Below are positions 49,325 through 58,715 of a stretch of DNA of 64,000 nt, piece by piece. The DNA is from a virus. A program made the position numbers and the translations under genes. Positions within the stretch are counted from its first letter, which is position 1, and the number at the start of each line of letters is the position of its first letter. The notes beneath the pieces are model-generated. The model saw nothing but the letters and a program-made list of their open reading frames with translations, made no database searches and was not told the origin of the DNA. The stretch covers positions 1-64,000 of IMG/VR virus record IMGVR_UViG_3300020463_000009. One strand, given 5' to 3'.

Positions 49325-49981
49325 ATGTATAAAACAAGTTTAAATCTAAAAAATTTTAAGAATCATAAAGTCTTTTCTGACTTTTCAGATACTTCAATCT
49401 ATCCCATAGAACAACAAGCACAATATTGGTGGAACGTTTGGACTTATATTGATAGACTTGAAGGTATGATGACAGAGATTGAATTTGAACATTTAAATCA
49501 AGGTCCTAAATTATTTAAAATGTGGAAAGATAAATGGCCTTTTGATTTAACACCTGAAATAGGTGGTGCTCCAGCTCACGCAACTTTACCAACACAATTA
49601 GATGGTTTTTCATATGTTGGTGAACAATTTAATTTTTATGGTATTAGACAACATAGAGTAGATATACCAAAAGATTGGTTTGATTTACAAGTTGTTTATA
49701 TTACAATGCTATCTATGTATTCACAATTGTTAAATGTTGATGAAGATATAAAAGCATTTACATTACCATTATTTAAATACAATCCTAAAAAATTTAAAAG
49801 AGTACAAATAAAAGTTGTTAGTGCAATTGTTAATGTATCTGATTTTGTTATTGCAACACCAGATGTATTTAAAGAAACTAAAGAAATGGGCGAATGGCGA
49901 TTAAAAGAAGCTGATAAACAAATTGGTGCTTGGAAAGAAGGATATCAAATAAACGAAGATGGTACAAGAGAAGAAATATAG
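49325..49981 (+). CDS. diverged heme-oxygenase-like paralog lacking catalytic motifs
   Basis: Manual alignment to the adjacent HemO: AQYWWNVWTYIDRLE vs ATYLYNQLKCYSKLE; LNQGPKLFKMWKDKW vs LPRAEHIFYDYKSLW; VYITMLSMYSQLL vs VYVRHLGDLSGGQMI. Confidence 0.55.
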   Translation: MYKTSLNLKNFKNHKVFSDFSDTSIYPIEQQAQYWWNVWTYIDRLEGMMTEIEFEHLNQGPKLFKMWKDKWPFDLTPEIGGAPAHATLPTQLDGFSYVGEQFNFYGIRQHRVDIPKDWFDLQVVYITMLSMYSQLLNVDEDIKAFTLPLFKYNPKKFKRVQIKVVSAIVNVSDFVIATPDVFKETKEMGEWRLKEADKQIGAWKEGYQINEDGTREEI

Positions 49982-50561
49982 AATTACCGAGTTAACTTGG
50001 GAATATCATAAAAATGCAGAGCGTCAAGCTTTTGTAAGTCAATTATTATCAGGTAATATTGATGAAAAACTATATGCAACTTATTTGTATAATCAATTAA
50101 AATGTTATTCTAAACTAGAACAATATTGTTTAGAAAGCTCTTTGTTTATAGATACAAGAAATTTACCAAGAGCTGAACATATATTTTATGATTATAAATC
50201 TTTATGGGTAGATATTGGTAGTCCACCAATAGAAACTGAAAGTACAAAAGCATATGTTGAACATTTAGATACAATAAGAGGTGAAAATGAAAAATTATAT
50301 GCTCACGTATATGTTAGGCATTTAGGCGATTTATCAGGTGGTCAAATGATTAAAAGAAAAACACCTGGACCTAATAGATATTATATTTTTAAACACAATG
50401 AAGCTAAAGAATATAAAAGAATTGTAAAAGAAAGAATTGAAAGTTATTTAAATGTATATGAAATAAACGTGTTGCCTGAAGCAATATTTTGTTTTGAAAG
50501 TGCAACAAAACTATTTAAGGAAATGTATGATTTGGGAAAGACTAATCAAGTGGCAGAATGA
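49959..50561 (+). CDS. hemO: heme oxygenase (biliverdin-producing)
   Basis: ELTWEYHKNAE (axial His), HVYVRHLGDLSGGQMI distal helix, EA..CFE.A..LF. Confidence 0.92.
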   Translation: MVQEKKYRITELTWEYHKNAERQAFVSQLLSGNIDEKLYATYLYNQLKCYSKLEQYCLESSLFIDTRNLPRAEHIFYDYKSLWVDIGSPPIETESTKAYVEHLDTIRGENEKLYAHVYVRHLGDLSGGQMIKRKTPGPNRYYIFKHNEAKEYKRIVKERIESYLNVYEINVLPEAIFCFESATKLFKEMYDLGKTNQVAE

Positions 50562-51234
50562 GACTATTGAAGTCTTAAATAAAAATCTGGTTGAATATAA
50601 CGAACCAGGTATGGAAAGATTCAATGATGAGAAGTTAGGTTGGGTTAATAGAACCTGGAATAACAGATACATTAGACGAGCTCATTTAGATGTTGTTGAT
50701 GTAAGAGAAACTAAAGGATTATGGATGGCTCATCTATGTCTTTTTCCTATGTTAACAAACGGTGGACCAATTTATGGTTTTGATATTATTGCAGGTCAAA
50801 AAAAGGTAACAGGTGCCTTTCACGATTTTAGTCCATTATTACAAAAAGACCACCCATTAACAAAGTGGTTTATAGAAGAAAATAAATGGTACAAACCTAG
50901 CAAAGAGAGAGAGTTGCCAGATTGGGCGAAGGCTATCTTTAGTGGGGGAATGATAGCCGCTGGCAATGTACGAGAAGAAGACGAATTAAATAAAATTTGT
51001 AATATGGCTGTTTCTAATTTAAATAATTATATAGATAAAATTAGAAATCACGAAGGCGAAGCACAAATGTTAGACGTAATTAAAGCACAAAATTACTATT
51101 CTGAACACCAACAAAAAAATCCTCATACACCTAGAGTTATGCAATCTCTTGGTTTACCAGACGAAGACATCAAATTATTCTGTTCCGACAACTTATTTCC
51201 GATAGTATCAGAAAATCAACCCTATCTGAAATAA
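50527..51234 (+). CDS. pcyX: ferredoxin-dependent bilin reductase, PcyX type
   Basis: RRAHLD, MAHLCLFP, PIYGFDIIAG, AFHDFSP, RELPDWAKAIFS, QQKNPHT; from ATG 50527 the residues fall at Asp55/His69/Asp86, matching phage PcyX numbering as I recall it; hemO-coupled. Confidence 0.85.
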   Translation: MIWERLIKWQNETIEVLNKNLVEYNEPGMERFNDEKLGWVNRTWNNRYIRRAHLDVVDVRETKGLWMAHLCLFPMLTNGGPIYGFDIIAGQKKVTGAFHDFSPLLQKDHPLTKWFIEENKWYKPSKERELPDWAKAIFSGGMIAAGNVREEDELNKICNMAVSNLNNYIDKIRNHEGEAQMLDVIKAQNYYSEHQQKNPHTPRVMQSLGLPDEDIKLFCSDNLFPIVSENQPYLK

Positions 51235-51238
51235 TTAT

Positions 51239-51246
51239 TATAAATA
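51239..51246 (+). promoter_or_regulatory. late promoter TATAAATA
   Basis: Exact consensus upstream of gp13. Confidence 0.8.
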
Positions 51247-51267
51247 TACCAGAAAAGGGTATAACAA

Positions 51268-52074
51268 ATGGCAGAACCAGCAAGTAGAGAGAATTTAAAA
51301 CAATATGCTTTAAGAGCATTAGGTAAACCTGTAATTGAAATCAATGTTGATGATGACCAACTTGAAGATAGAATTGATGAGGCATTACAATATTTTGCTC
51401 AATACCATTATGATGGTGTAAAAAGAACATATTTAAAATATCAATATACATCAGCAGATAAGACTAGAATGACCGGTGATTCTACTGAATCAGCGACTCA
51501 AGGTTCTGTTACCACAAGCTGGAAAGAGGGTAATAATTTTTTAATAATACCAAATTCAATTGTTTCAATAATCAATATATTTCCATTCTCAAACAAAGGT
51601 AATCTAAATTTATTTGATGTTAGATATCAATTAAGATTAAATGACTTATATGATTTTTCATCTACTTCAATAATAAACTATGATGTAGTTTTAAGACATT
51701 TAGATTTTTTAGACCACGTTTTAGTTGGTGAAAAACCAATGAGATTTAATCAACACGAAAACAAATTATATGTTGATATGGATTGGAAAAATGATTTACA
51801 AGTTGGTGAATATCTGGTAATTGAAGCATATAGAAAATTAGACCCAGCAAACAATACAGACGTTTTTAATGATATATTTTTGAAAAGATATGTAACCGCT
51901 TTATTTAAAAAACAATGGGGCGCTAACTTATCTAAATTTGGTGGTGTTCAAATGATAGGTGGAGTAACCTTGAACGGACAACAAATATTTTCAGAAGCAA
52001 TGCAAGATGTTGATAAATTAGAAACAGAGATTAGAAGCACATATGAATTAAATCCAGCTATAATGATAGGGTAG
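51268..52074 (+). CDS. gp13: neck protein gp13
   Basis: LRALGKPVIEINVDDDQLEDRIDEALQ, YHYDG, KKQWGANLSKF, GGVTLNG. Confidence 0.93.
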   Translation: MAEPASRENLKQYALRALGKPVIEINVDDDQLEDRIDEALQYFAQYHYDGVKRTYLKYQYTSADKTRMTGDSTESATQGSVTTSWKEGNNFLIIPNSIVSIINIFPFSNKGNLNLFDVRYQLRLNDLYDFSSTSIINYDVVLRHLDFLDHVLVGEKPMRFNQHENKLYVDMDWKNDLQVGEYLVIEAYRKLDPANNTDVFNDIFLKRYVTALFKKQWGANLSKFGGVQMIGGVTLNGQQIFSEAMQDVDKLETEIRSTYELNPAIMIG

Positions 52075-52079
52075 TAATT

Positions 52080-52901
52080 ATGGCAATTAACCATTACTTT
52101 CAAGGTGGCAGAGGCATTGGTAATAATGCTGAAAAAAGATTACACGAAGACCTTATTATAGAGGGATTAAAAATATACGGTCAAGACGTATATTATCTTC
52201 CAAGAACACTAGTAAACAGAGACCTTGTAATGGGTGAGGATACGTCAAGTCGTTTTGACGATTCTTATATGATTGAAATGTATTTTGAAACGCAAGAAGG
52301 CTTTGCTGGTGAACAAGAATTAATTAACAAATTTGGTTTAGAAATAAGAGAAGATACAACACTTGTTGTTTCTAAAAGAAGATTTGAGGAACACGTTGCA
52401 AGTAAAGCTAATTTAATTGCAACTGGAAGACCTAATGAGGGTGATGTAATTTATTTACCTTTAATGAATTCATTTTTTGAAATACAATTTGTTGAAGACC
52501 AAGAGCCATTCTTTCAATTAGGTAACTTGCCTGTTTACAAATTAAGGGTAACTAGATTTGAATATGCAAATGAAGAGATTAATACTGGTAATGAAATACT
52601 TGACCAAGCTGAAGATAAGTATTCATTAAACGAATTAAACCACAAAATGTCATTAGAGAGTGGCCAAGTTGCATTAACAGGTGATGGTTCAATTGAATTA
52701 GAAGATACTTTTGATTATTCAACAGGTCAAAAAGCATTATTAATGTTAGAGACATTTACTGGTTCTAAAACAATACAAGTACAATCTCCTTATGCAAGTA
52801 ACCTAGATATGAATACAGCGGCTGGTTATGATACGGTTGGTACAGCTGATGATATATTAGACTTTACAGAAAGAAACCCTTTCGGAGAGGTAGATGAATA
52901 A
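52080..52901 (+). CDS. gp14: neck protein gp14
   Basis: IYGQDVYYLPR, KFGLEIR, RPNEGDVIY, FEIQFVE...PFFQLG, NPFGE. Confidence 0.93.
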   Translation: MAINHYFQGGRGIGNNAEKRLHEDLIIEGLKIYGQDVYYLPRTLVNRDLVMGEDTSSRFDDSYMIEMYFETQEGFAGEQELINKFGLEIREDTTLVVSKRRFEEHVASKANLIATGRPNEGDVIYLPLMNSFFEIQFVEDQEPFFQLGNLPVYKLRVTRFEYANEEINTGNEILDQAEDKYSLNELNHKMSLESGQVALTGDGSIELEDTFDYSTGQKALLMLETFTGSKTIQVQSPYASNLDMNTAAGYDTVGTADDILDFTERNPFGEVDE

Positions 52902-53707
52902 TGTTTGGAACACATTTTTATAACGAAGGTATTAGAAGATTAACAATTGCTTTTGGTCAATTGTTTAATAATGTTATTGTACAAAATAAATCTTCAACTG
53001 GTGCAGTAACCAAAAGATATAGAGTGCCTTTAGCATATGCACCTAAAGAAAAATTTTTAGTAAGATTAGATGAACAAGCTAATTTAGAAAGTAGAGAATT
53101 TGCAGTAACCTTACCTAGAATGGGATTTGAAATGACAGGTCTAACTTATGACCCTACTAGGAAGTTAAATAAAATGCAAAAATTCAGGCAGGTTAAAACT
53201 GGAGAAAATGGTAAAGTTTTAAACTTTAATTATACACCTGTGCCGTACAATGTAAGTTATACCCTAAATATTTTCACAGCAACGGCAGAGAATGGATTAA
53301 TTATTGTTGAACAAATTTTACCATTTTTCCAACCTGAATATACGGTAACAATTAATATGGTGCCTGATTTAGGTATTAAAAGAGACGTACCAATTATTTT
53401 AAATAATGTAAATTATCAAGATAGTTATGATGGTAATTTTACAACAAGAAGAGCTGTAATATATACATTAGATTTTACAGCAAAAACATATTTATTTGGA
53501 CCTATGACTAATCAAAAAGTTATTAAAAAGGTACAAGATGATTTATATACTGACACACAGAAACCACCAGCGACAAGAGAGGAACGAATTATAGTTGTGC
53601 CTAATCCTACAACGGCTGACGCAGATGATGATTTTGGTTTTACAACAACAATATCAAATTTTGCAGACGGTAAAAATTATAATCCGGTAACAGATACAGA
53701 TGAGTAA
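52901..53707 (+). CDS. gp15: tail sheath stabilizer/terminator gp15
   Basis: FGQLFN, VPLAYAPKEKFL, LPRMGFE, YDPTRKL, EQILPFFQP. Confidence 0.93.
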   Translation: MFGTHFYNEGIRRLTIAFGQLFNNVIVQNKSSTGAVTKRYRVPLAYAPKEKFLVRLDEQANLESREFAVTLPRMGFEMTGLTYDPTRKLNKMQKFRQVKTGENGKVLNFNYTPVPYNVSYTLNIFTATAENGLIIVEQILPFFQPEYTVTINMVPDLGIKRDVPIILNNVNYQDSYDGNFTTRRAVIYTLDFTAKTYLFGPMTNQKVIKKVQDDLYTDTQKPPATREERIIVVPNPTTADADDDFGFTTTISNFADGKNYNPVTDTDE

Positions 53708-54176
53708 ACTTGAAGATAACGTAAATGATATTTTAGGTATTGAAAAGAAAACTGAAGTTGCAGTAAAAGACTTTGAGCAACCAGCACCAGTACCTAGAGT
53801 AGTTGATGAAAATAAAGATGATGTTGATAATGATTATACACATAGTAGAGATAATTATTACAATCTAATTGATAAAGGTAATGAAGCAATTGATGGTATA
53901 TTAGAAATTGCAAAAGAAGGTCAACACCCTAGAGCATATGAAGTTGCAGGACAATTAATAAATCAAGTTGCAACTACCGTTGACAAACTACAAGACTTAC
54001 AAAAAAAATTAAAAGATTTAAAAGAAGTACCTAACAAAACAAGTGCTAATATTAAAAACGCATTATTTGTAGGTTCAACAGCAGAATTACAAAAAATGTT
54101 AAATCGGAAAAACGAAGATGAAATTATTGAAGGCGAAGCAAGTAAACCCAAAGAAGATAATACTGGAGATAAGTAA
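53700..54176 (+). CDS. gp16: terminase small subunit gp16
   Basis: DY..SRDNYY.LI.KG, HPRAYEVAGQLI, ALFVGSTAELQKML. Confidence 0.92.
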   Translation: MSKLEDNVNDILGIEKKTEVAVKDFEQPAPVPRVVDENKDDVDNDYTHSRDNYYNLIDKGNEAIDGILEIAKEGQHPRAYEVAGQLINQVATTVDKLQDLQKKLKDLKEVPNKTSANIKNALFVGSTAELQKMLNRKNEDEIIEGEASKPKEDNTGDK

Positions 54177-54450
54177 AATTCAGTATATTAAATCTATGAC
54201 ACCTTTACCAGAATTATTAGCTGGTGAAGAGTTGCAGTTTCCAATAGAAGTTAGAAAACATATAATTAGTAATACACCTAGAAAAGGTGTTGGTGGTGTT
54301 GAATATATAGAGAAAGAGTATAGTGTTTTTAGAGGTAGTCAAAGAGTACAGGCTGCTTTAAAATTAGGATACACACATATAGAGGGTGTTGTTTTAAATG
54401 AGCAAACAGAAAGTCAAAGATTACAAGAAGAATTAGAGCCAATAATATGA
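54118..54450 (+). CDS. ParB/sulfiredoxin-like small protein
   Basis: PIEV...YSVFRGSQRVQAALKLGYTHIEGVV (GxxRxxA); fills the gp16-gp17 gap and ATGA-couples to gp17. Confidence 0.6.
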   Translation: MKLLKAKQVNPKKIILEISKIQYIKSMTPLPELLAGEELQFPIEVRKHIISNTPRKGVGGVEYIEKEYSVFRGSQRVQAALKLGYTHIEGVVLNEQTESQRLQEELEPII

Positions 54451-56078
54451 GTACAGACGCATATCTAGGAAATCCAAATCTAAAAAAAGTAAATACACCT
54501 GTTGAATTTACTAAAGAACAGATTATAGAATATCAAAAATGTGGTAAAGACCCTATTTACTTTATGAAAAATTATATAAGGATAGTTTCTCTTGATGAAG
54601 GACTTATTCCTTTTAAGATGTATAAGTTTCAAGAACACATTGTTAATACAATTCACGATAATAGATTTACCATATGTAAATTACCTAGACAATCAGGTAA
54701 ATCAACAACGGTTGTATCTTACTTATTACATTATGCATTATTTAATCCTAATTCTAACATTGCAATATTGGCCAATAAATCTACAACTGCTAGAGATATA
54801 TTAAGTAGAGTACAATTAGCATATGAAAATTTACCGAAATGGTTACAACAAGGTGTAATTAACTGGAACAAAGGTAATATAGAATTAGAAAATAAATCAA
54901 CTATTGTGGCGGCTGCAACTTCTTCAAGTGCAATTCGAGGTGGTTCTTATAATATTATTTTTCTTGATGAGTTTGCTTTCGTACCTGCTAATATTGCCGA
55001 AATGTTTTTTAGCTCTGTTTATCCTACAATATCTTCTGGTACAAAAACAAAACTAGTTATAGTATCTACACCTTATGGTATGAATCAATTTTATAAGTTA
55101 TGGTCAGACGCAGAAAATGGTAGAAACGATTATATACCTATTGACGTGCATTGGTCAGAGGTACCAGGTCGTGATGAAAAGTGGAAAGAAGATACAATTA
55201 GAAACACCTCACCTGAGCAGTTTCAACAAGAGTTTGAATGTGAATTTTTAGGTTCAGTAAACACATTAATTAGTCCTGCTAAAATTAAAAATATAGTATT
55301 TAAAACACCTATAAAATCAAATGCAGGTATAGATGTTTATGAAGACCCTATAAAAGATAGAACATATGTTTGTTGTGTTGACGTAGCTAGAGGTGTTAAT
55401 AAAGATTACTCTGCTTTTGTTATAATAGATGTATCTCAAATGCCTTATAAGGTAGTTTGTAAATATAGAAGTAATGATGTAAAACCTATTTTATTTCCTC
55501 ACACAATTGATAGAGTATGTAAGGCATATAATCACGCACACATTTTAGTAGAAACAAATGACCTTGGCCAACAAATAGCAGAAGCATTACAATTTGAATT
55601 AGAATACGATAATTTATTAATGACAACACAAAGAGGTCGTGCTGGTCAAATACTAGGTGCCGGATTTAGTGGCAGAGGTTCTGGTTTTGGTGTAAGAATG
55701 ACTAAACAAATTAAAAAAATAGGTTGTTCTAACATTAAAACATTAATAGAAAGTGATAAGATTTTAGTAAACGATTTTAACATTATAGAAGAAATGTCAA
55801 CCTTTATTAAAAAAGGTCAGAGTTGGATGGCCGAAGAAGGCTGTACAGACGATTTAATGATGTGTCTAGTAGTCTTTGGTTGGTTATCTAATCAACCATT
55901 TTTTAAAGAAATGACCGATACTAATGCTAGGCAACAACTATATGAAGAACAACAAAATTTAATTGAGCAAGATATGTCGCCTTTTGGTTTCGTAGATGAT
56001 GGCTTTCCAGACCACGAAAAACCTGAAGTTGACGAATATGGTACGGTTTGGCACCCGGTAGTACGCAAAGGTCAGTAG
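54447..56078 (+). CDS. gp17: terminase large subunit gp17
   Basis: YLGNPNLK, PRQSGKST (Walker A), IFLDEFAF (Walker B), IVSTPYG, FQQEFECEF, DDLMMCLV. Confidence 0.96.
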   Translation: MSTDAYLGNPNLKKVNTPVEFTKEQIIEYQKCGKDPIYFMKNYIRIVSLDEGLIPFKMYKFQEHIVNTIHDNRFTICKLPRQSGKSTTVVSYLLHYALFNPNSNIAILANKSTTARDILSRVQLAYENLPKWLQQGVINWNKGNIELENKSTIVAAATSSSAIRGGSYNIIFLDEFAFVPANIAEMFFSSVYPTISSGTKTKLVIVSTPYGMNQFYKLWSDAENGRNDYIPIDVHWSEVPGRDEKWKEDTIRNTSPEQFQQEFECEFLGSVNTLISPAKIKNIVFKTPIKSNAGIDVYEDPIKDRTYVCCVDVARGVNKDYSAFVIIDVSQMPYKVVCKYRSNDVKPILFPHTIDRVCKAYNHAHILVETNDLGQQIAEALQFELEYDNLLMTTQRGRAGQILGAGFSGRGSGFGVRMTKQIKKIGCSNIKTLIESDKILVNDFNIIEEMSTFIKKGQSWMAEEGCTDDLMMCLVVFGWLSNQPFFKEMTDTNARQQLYEEQQNLIEQDMSPFGFVDDGFPDHEKPEVDEYGTVWHPVVRKGQ

Positions 56079-56091
56079 AAACCTAGCTTAT

Positions 56092-56099
56092 TATAAATA
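56092..56099 (+). promoter_or_regulatory. late promoter TATAAATA with ~100-nt leader
   Basis: Exact consensus about 100 nt upstream of the gp18 ATG. Confidence 0.8.
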
Positions 56100-56202
56100 T
56101 CAGTAGAGTATGAAATTTGACTATGGGCGTATGAATAATACGACTTTTGAAAGATATGAGTAAAAATAATTTGCAAATTAAGATAAAAAAGGAGAAACCC
56201 TA

Positions 56203-58122
56203 ATGGCATTTCAAGTATCACCAGGTGTTCTCGTACAGGAAAAAGACTTAACAAGAATCATACCTGCTGTTTCGACTTCAATCGGAGCCTTCGCTGGAAC
56301 TTTCAGAAAAGGACCATTGGATGAAGTAGTAAGTATTTCTAGTGAGCAAGAACTTGTAGCAACTTTTGGTAAACCGGATAACGATAATTTCGAAGACTTT
56401 TTTTCGGCTGCTAACTTTCTACAATATTCTAATGCTTTAAGAGTTGTACGTGTACAGAATTCATCTGTCTCAAACGCTACTGAATCAGGTTCAGCGTTTG
56501 TAATAAAAAATACTACTGATTATACTAATAGCTATGCCGCTGGTCAAGCTTCTGTTGGAATGTGGGCTGCTAGAACAGCTGGCGCATTTGGAAATTCTTT
56601 ACAGATTTCCTCTTGTCCATCTGCTACTGCCTATGAAGAAGTTAACAAAACTACCGTTGCTGACGCCGCTATGGCTGTTGGTGACACGGTTGTTACCGTT
56701 ACCTCATCCTCAGGAATTACAGCAGGCGATATAGTTAATTTTGGTGACAATTTTGAATACAGAGTAATTAGCGTTGCTACTAACGATTTAAATATTGTTA
56801 GAAAAGAGGAACCTATGTACTTTGGAACGTCTGATTCTTCAGGTTTACACGAAGCACCAACAAACGGTGCTCAAGTAAGACGAAGATGGAAATATTACGA
56901 CCAATTTGATAGAGCGCCAGGAACTTCACCATATGCACAAGCAAAAGGTGGAACTAATGACGAACTTCACATAATCGTGATTGACGAAGATGGTGAAATT
57001 ACAGGAACTAAAGGCGAAATTTTAGAAAAATTTGAAGCAACTTCAAAAGCTTCAGACGCTAAAACAGCTCAAGGTTCTGTAAATTACTATCCAGATGTTT
57101 TATACAAATCTTCAAACTACGTTTACTGGATGGACCACAATCCATCAGGTTCTAACTGGGGCTCTGCTGCTTCAGGAACAACGTTTACAGATGTAACCTC
57201 TGTATCTAATGTATCACTACAAAGTGGTTCAAACGGAACAGCGGCAACAACTGGCCAAACAAAAACAGCATATGAAAAATTTGCTGATGGCGAAACGGTT
57301 GATGTAGGATTAATCATAGCAGGTAAAGGTGACGCTACACATATCGGTAACCTAATCACGATTGCAGAAAACAGAAAAGACTCTGTTGTATTTGCAAGTC
57401 CTGAAAGGTCTGATGTTGTAGGTATCGCTGACGCAAATACACAAAAGACTAATGTTGTATCATTCTTTAATACGATACAATCATCTTCTTACATTGTATT
57501 TGATAGCGGTTACAAATACGGTTACGACAGATATAATGACGTATATCGTTTTGTTCCTTTAAACGGAGATATCGCAGGTTTGGCAGCAAGAACTGACCTT
57601 ATCGCAGACGCTTGGTTCTCACCAGCAGGTCTGAATAGAGGTATAGTTAGAGGCGCAGTTAAACTAGCATTTAATCCAACTAAAGCTCAAAGAGACGAAT
57701 TGTACAGAGCAAGAGTAAATCCTGTGGCAACTTTCCCAGGACAAGGTACGGTTCTTTTCGGTGACAAAACTGGATTAACAGCTCCGAGTGCTTTTGATAG
57801 AATCAACGTAAGACGATTGTTTATCACTTTAGAGAAGGCGATAGCAACTGCTTCTAAATTCCAACTTTTTGAATTCAATGATGAATTTACAAGAGCTAAC
57901 TTTAGAAACATTGTAGAACCTTTTTTAAGAGAAGTACAAGGTAGACGAGGTATCACAGACTTTTTAGTTGTTTGTGATGAAACTAATAACACAGGCGAAG
58001 TAATTGATAGAAATGAATTTATAGCAGAAATCTTTGTGAAACCTGCTAGAAGTATCAACTTTATCACATTACAATTTATCGCTACTAGAACTGGCGTCTC
58101 ATTTGACGAAGTTGCTGGTTAA
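56203..58122 (+). CDS. gp18: tail sheath protein gp18
   Basis: SPGVLVQEKD, FGKP, WFSPAG.NRG, FDRINVRRLF, FEFNDEFTR, KPARSINFITL.F.ATRTG. Confidence 0.96.
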   Translation: MAFQVSPGVLVQEKDLTRIIPAVSTSIGAFAGTFRKGPLDEVVSISSEQELVATFGKPDNDNFEDFFSAANFLQYSNALRVVRVQNSSVSNATESGSAFVIKNTTDYTNSYAAGQASVGMWAARTAGAFGNSLQISSCPSATAYEEVNKTTVADAAMAVGDTVVTVTSSSGITAGDIVNFGDNFEYRVISVATNDLNIVRKEEPMYFGTSDSSGLHEAPTNGAQVRRRWKYYDQFDRAPGTSPYAQAKGGTNDELHIIVIDEDGEITGTKGEILEKFEATSKASDAKTAQGSVNYYPDVLYKSSNYVYWMDHNPSGSNWGSAASGTTFTDVTSVSNVSLQSGSNGTAATTGQTKTAYEKFADGETVDVGLIIAGKGDATHIGNLITIAENRKDSVVFASPERSDVVGIADANTQKTNVVSFFNTIQSSSYIVFDSGYKYGYDRYNDVYRFVPLNGDIAGLAARTDLIADAWFSPAGLNRGIVRGAVKLAFNPTKAQRDELYRARVNPVATFPGQGTVLFGDKTGLTAPSAFDRINVRRLFITLEKAIATASKFQLFEFNDEFTRANFRNIVEPFLREVQGRRGITDFLVVCDETNNTGEVIDRNEFIAEIFVKPARSINFITLQFIATRTGVSFDEVAG

Positions 58123-58144
58123 GAAAGGCTAAGGAGAAAATAAA

Positions 58145-58672
58145 ATGGCAAACATAAATGACTTCAAAGCTAAACTTGCAGGCGGCGGCGCAAGAGCCAA
58201 TCAGTTTAAGGTTACAATGCCTTTTCCTGGTTACGCACAGGTTGGTGGCGAAATAGAGGAACTAGCATTCTTATGTAAGGGCACTCAACTTCCGGCAATG
58301 ACAATACCGTCATTTACGGTTCCGTTCAGAGGCAGACAAATTAAGATTGCTGGTGATAGAACATACGCTGATTGGACAATCACGGTACTAAACGATACAA
58401 ACTTCAAATTAAGAAACGCATTTGAAAGATGGTCGAATGGTATTAACAATGCAACAGATGGTGAAGGATTAACAAATCCTGCTGACTATCAAGTTGACGC
58501 ATTTGTTGACCAATTGGATAGAAACGGTGCAACTATTAAGTCGTACACTTTACGAGGTGCTTTCCCGACTGAAATAGCTGCAATTGACTTGGCATACGAC
58601 ACCAATGACGCTGTTGAAGAGTTTGGTGTTACCTTTGCTTATCAATATTTTGAAAGTAATACTACTACATAA
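58145..58672 (+). CDS. gp19: tail tube protein gp19
   Basis: GARANQF.V, FRGRQIKIAGDRT..DWTITV.ND..F, FERW, EEF.VTF.Y. Confidence 0.95.
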   Translation: MANINDFKAKLAGGGARANQFKVTMPFPGYAQVGGEIEELAFLCKGTQLPAMTIPSFTVPFRGRQIKIAGDRTYADWTITVLNDTNFKLRNAFERWSNGINNATDGEGLTNPADYQVDAFVDQLDRNGATIKSYTLRGAFPTEIAAIDLAYDTNDAVEEFGVTFAYQYFESNTTT

Positions 58673-58679
58673 TAAGTAG

Positions 58680-58687
58680 TATAAATA
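58680..58687 (+). promoter_or_regulatory. late promoter TATAAATA
   Basis: Exact consensus upstream of gp20. Confidence 0.8.
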
Positions 58688-58715
58688 TTAGTAATATAAA
58701 AAGTAAGGATATATA

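Noticed and set aside
49959-51234. Cyanophage ho1-pebS or ho1-pcyA assignment
   Set aside because: Residue pattern (HLD, His69, Asp86) fits PcyX better and no photosynthesis genes are in the window; phylogeny would be decisive
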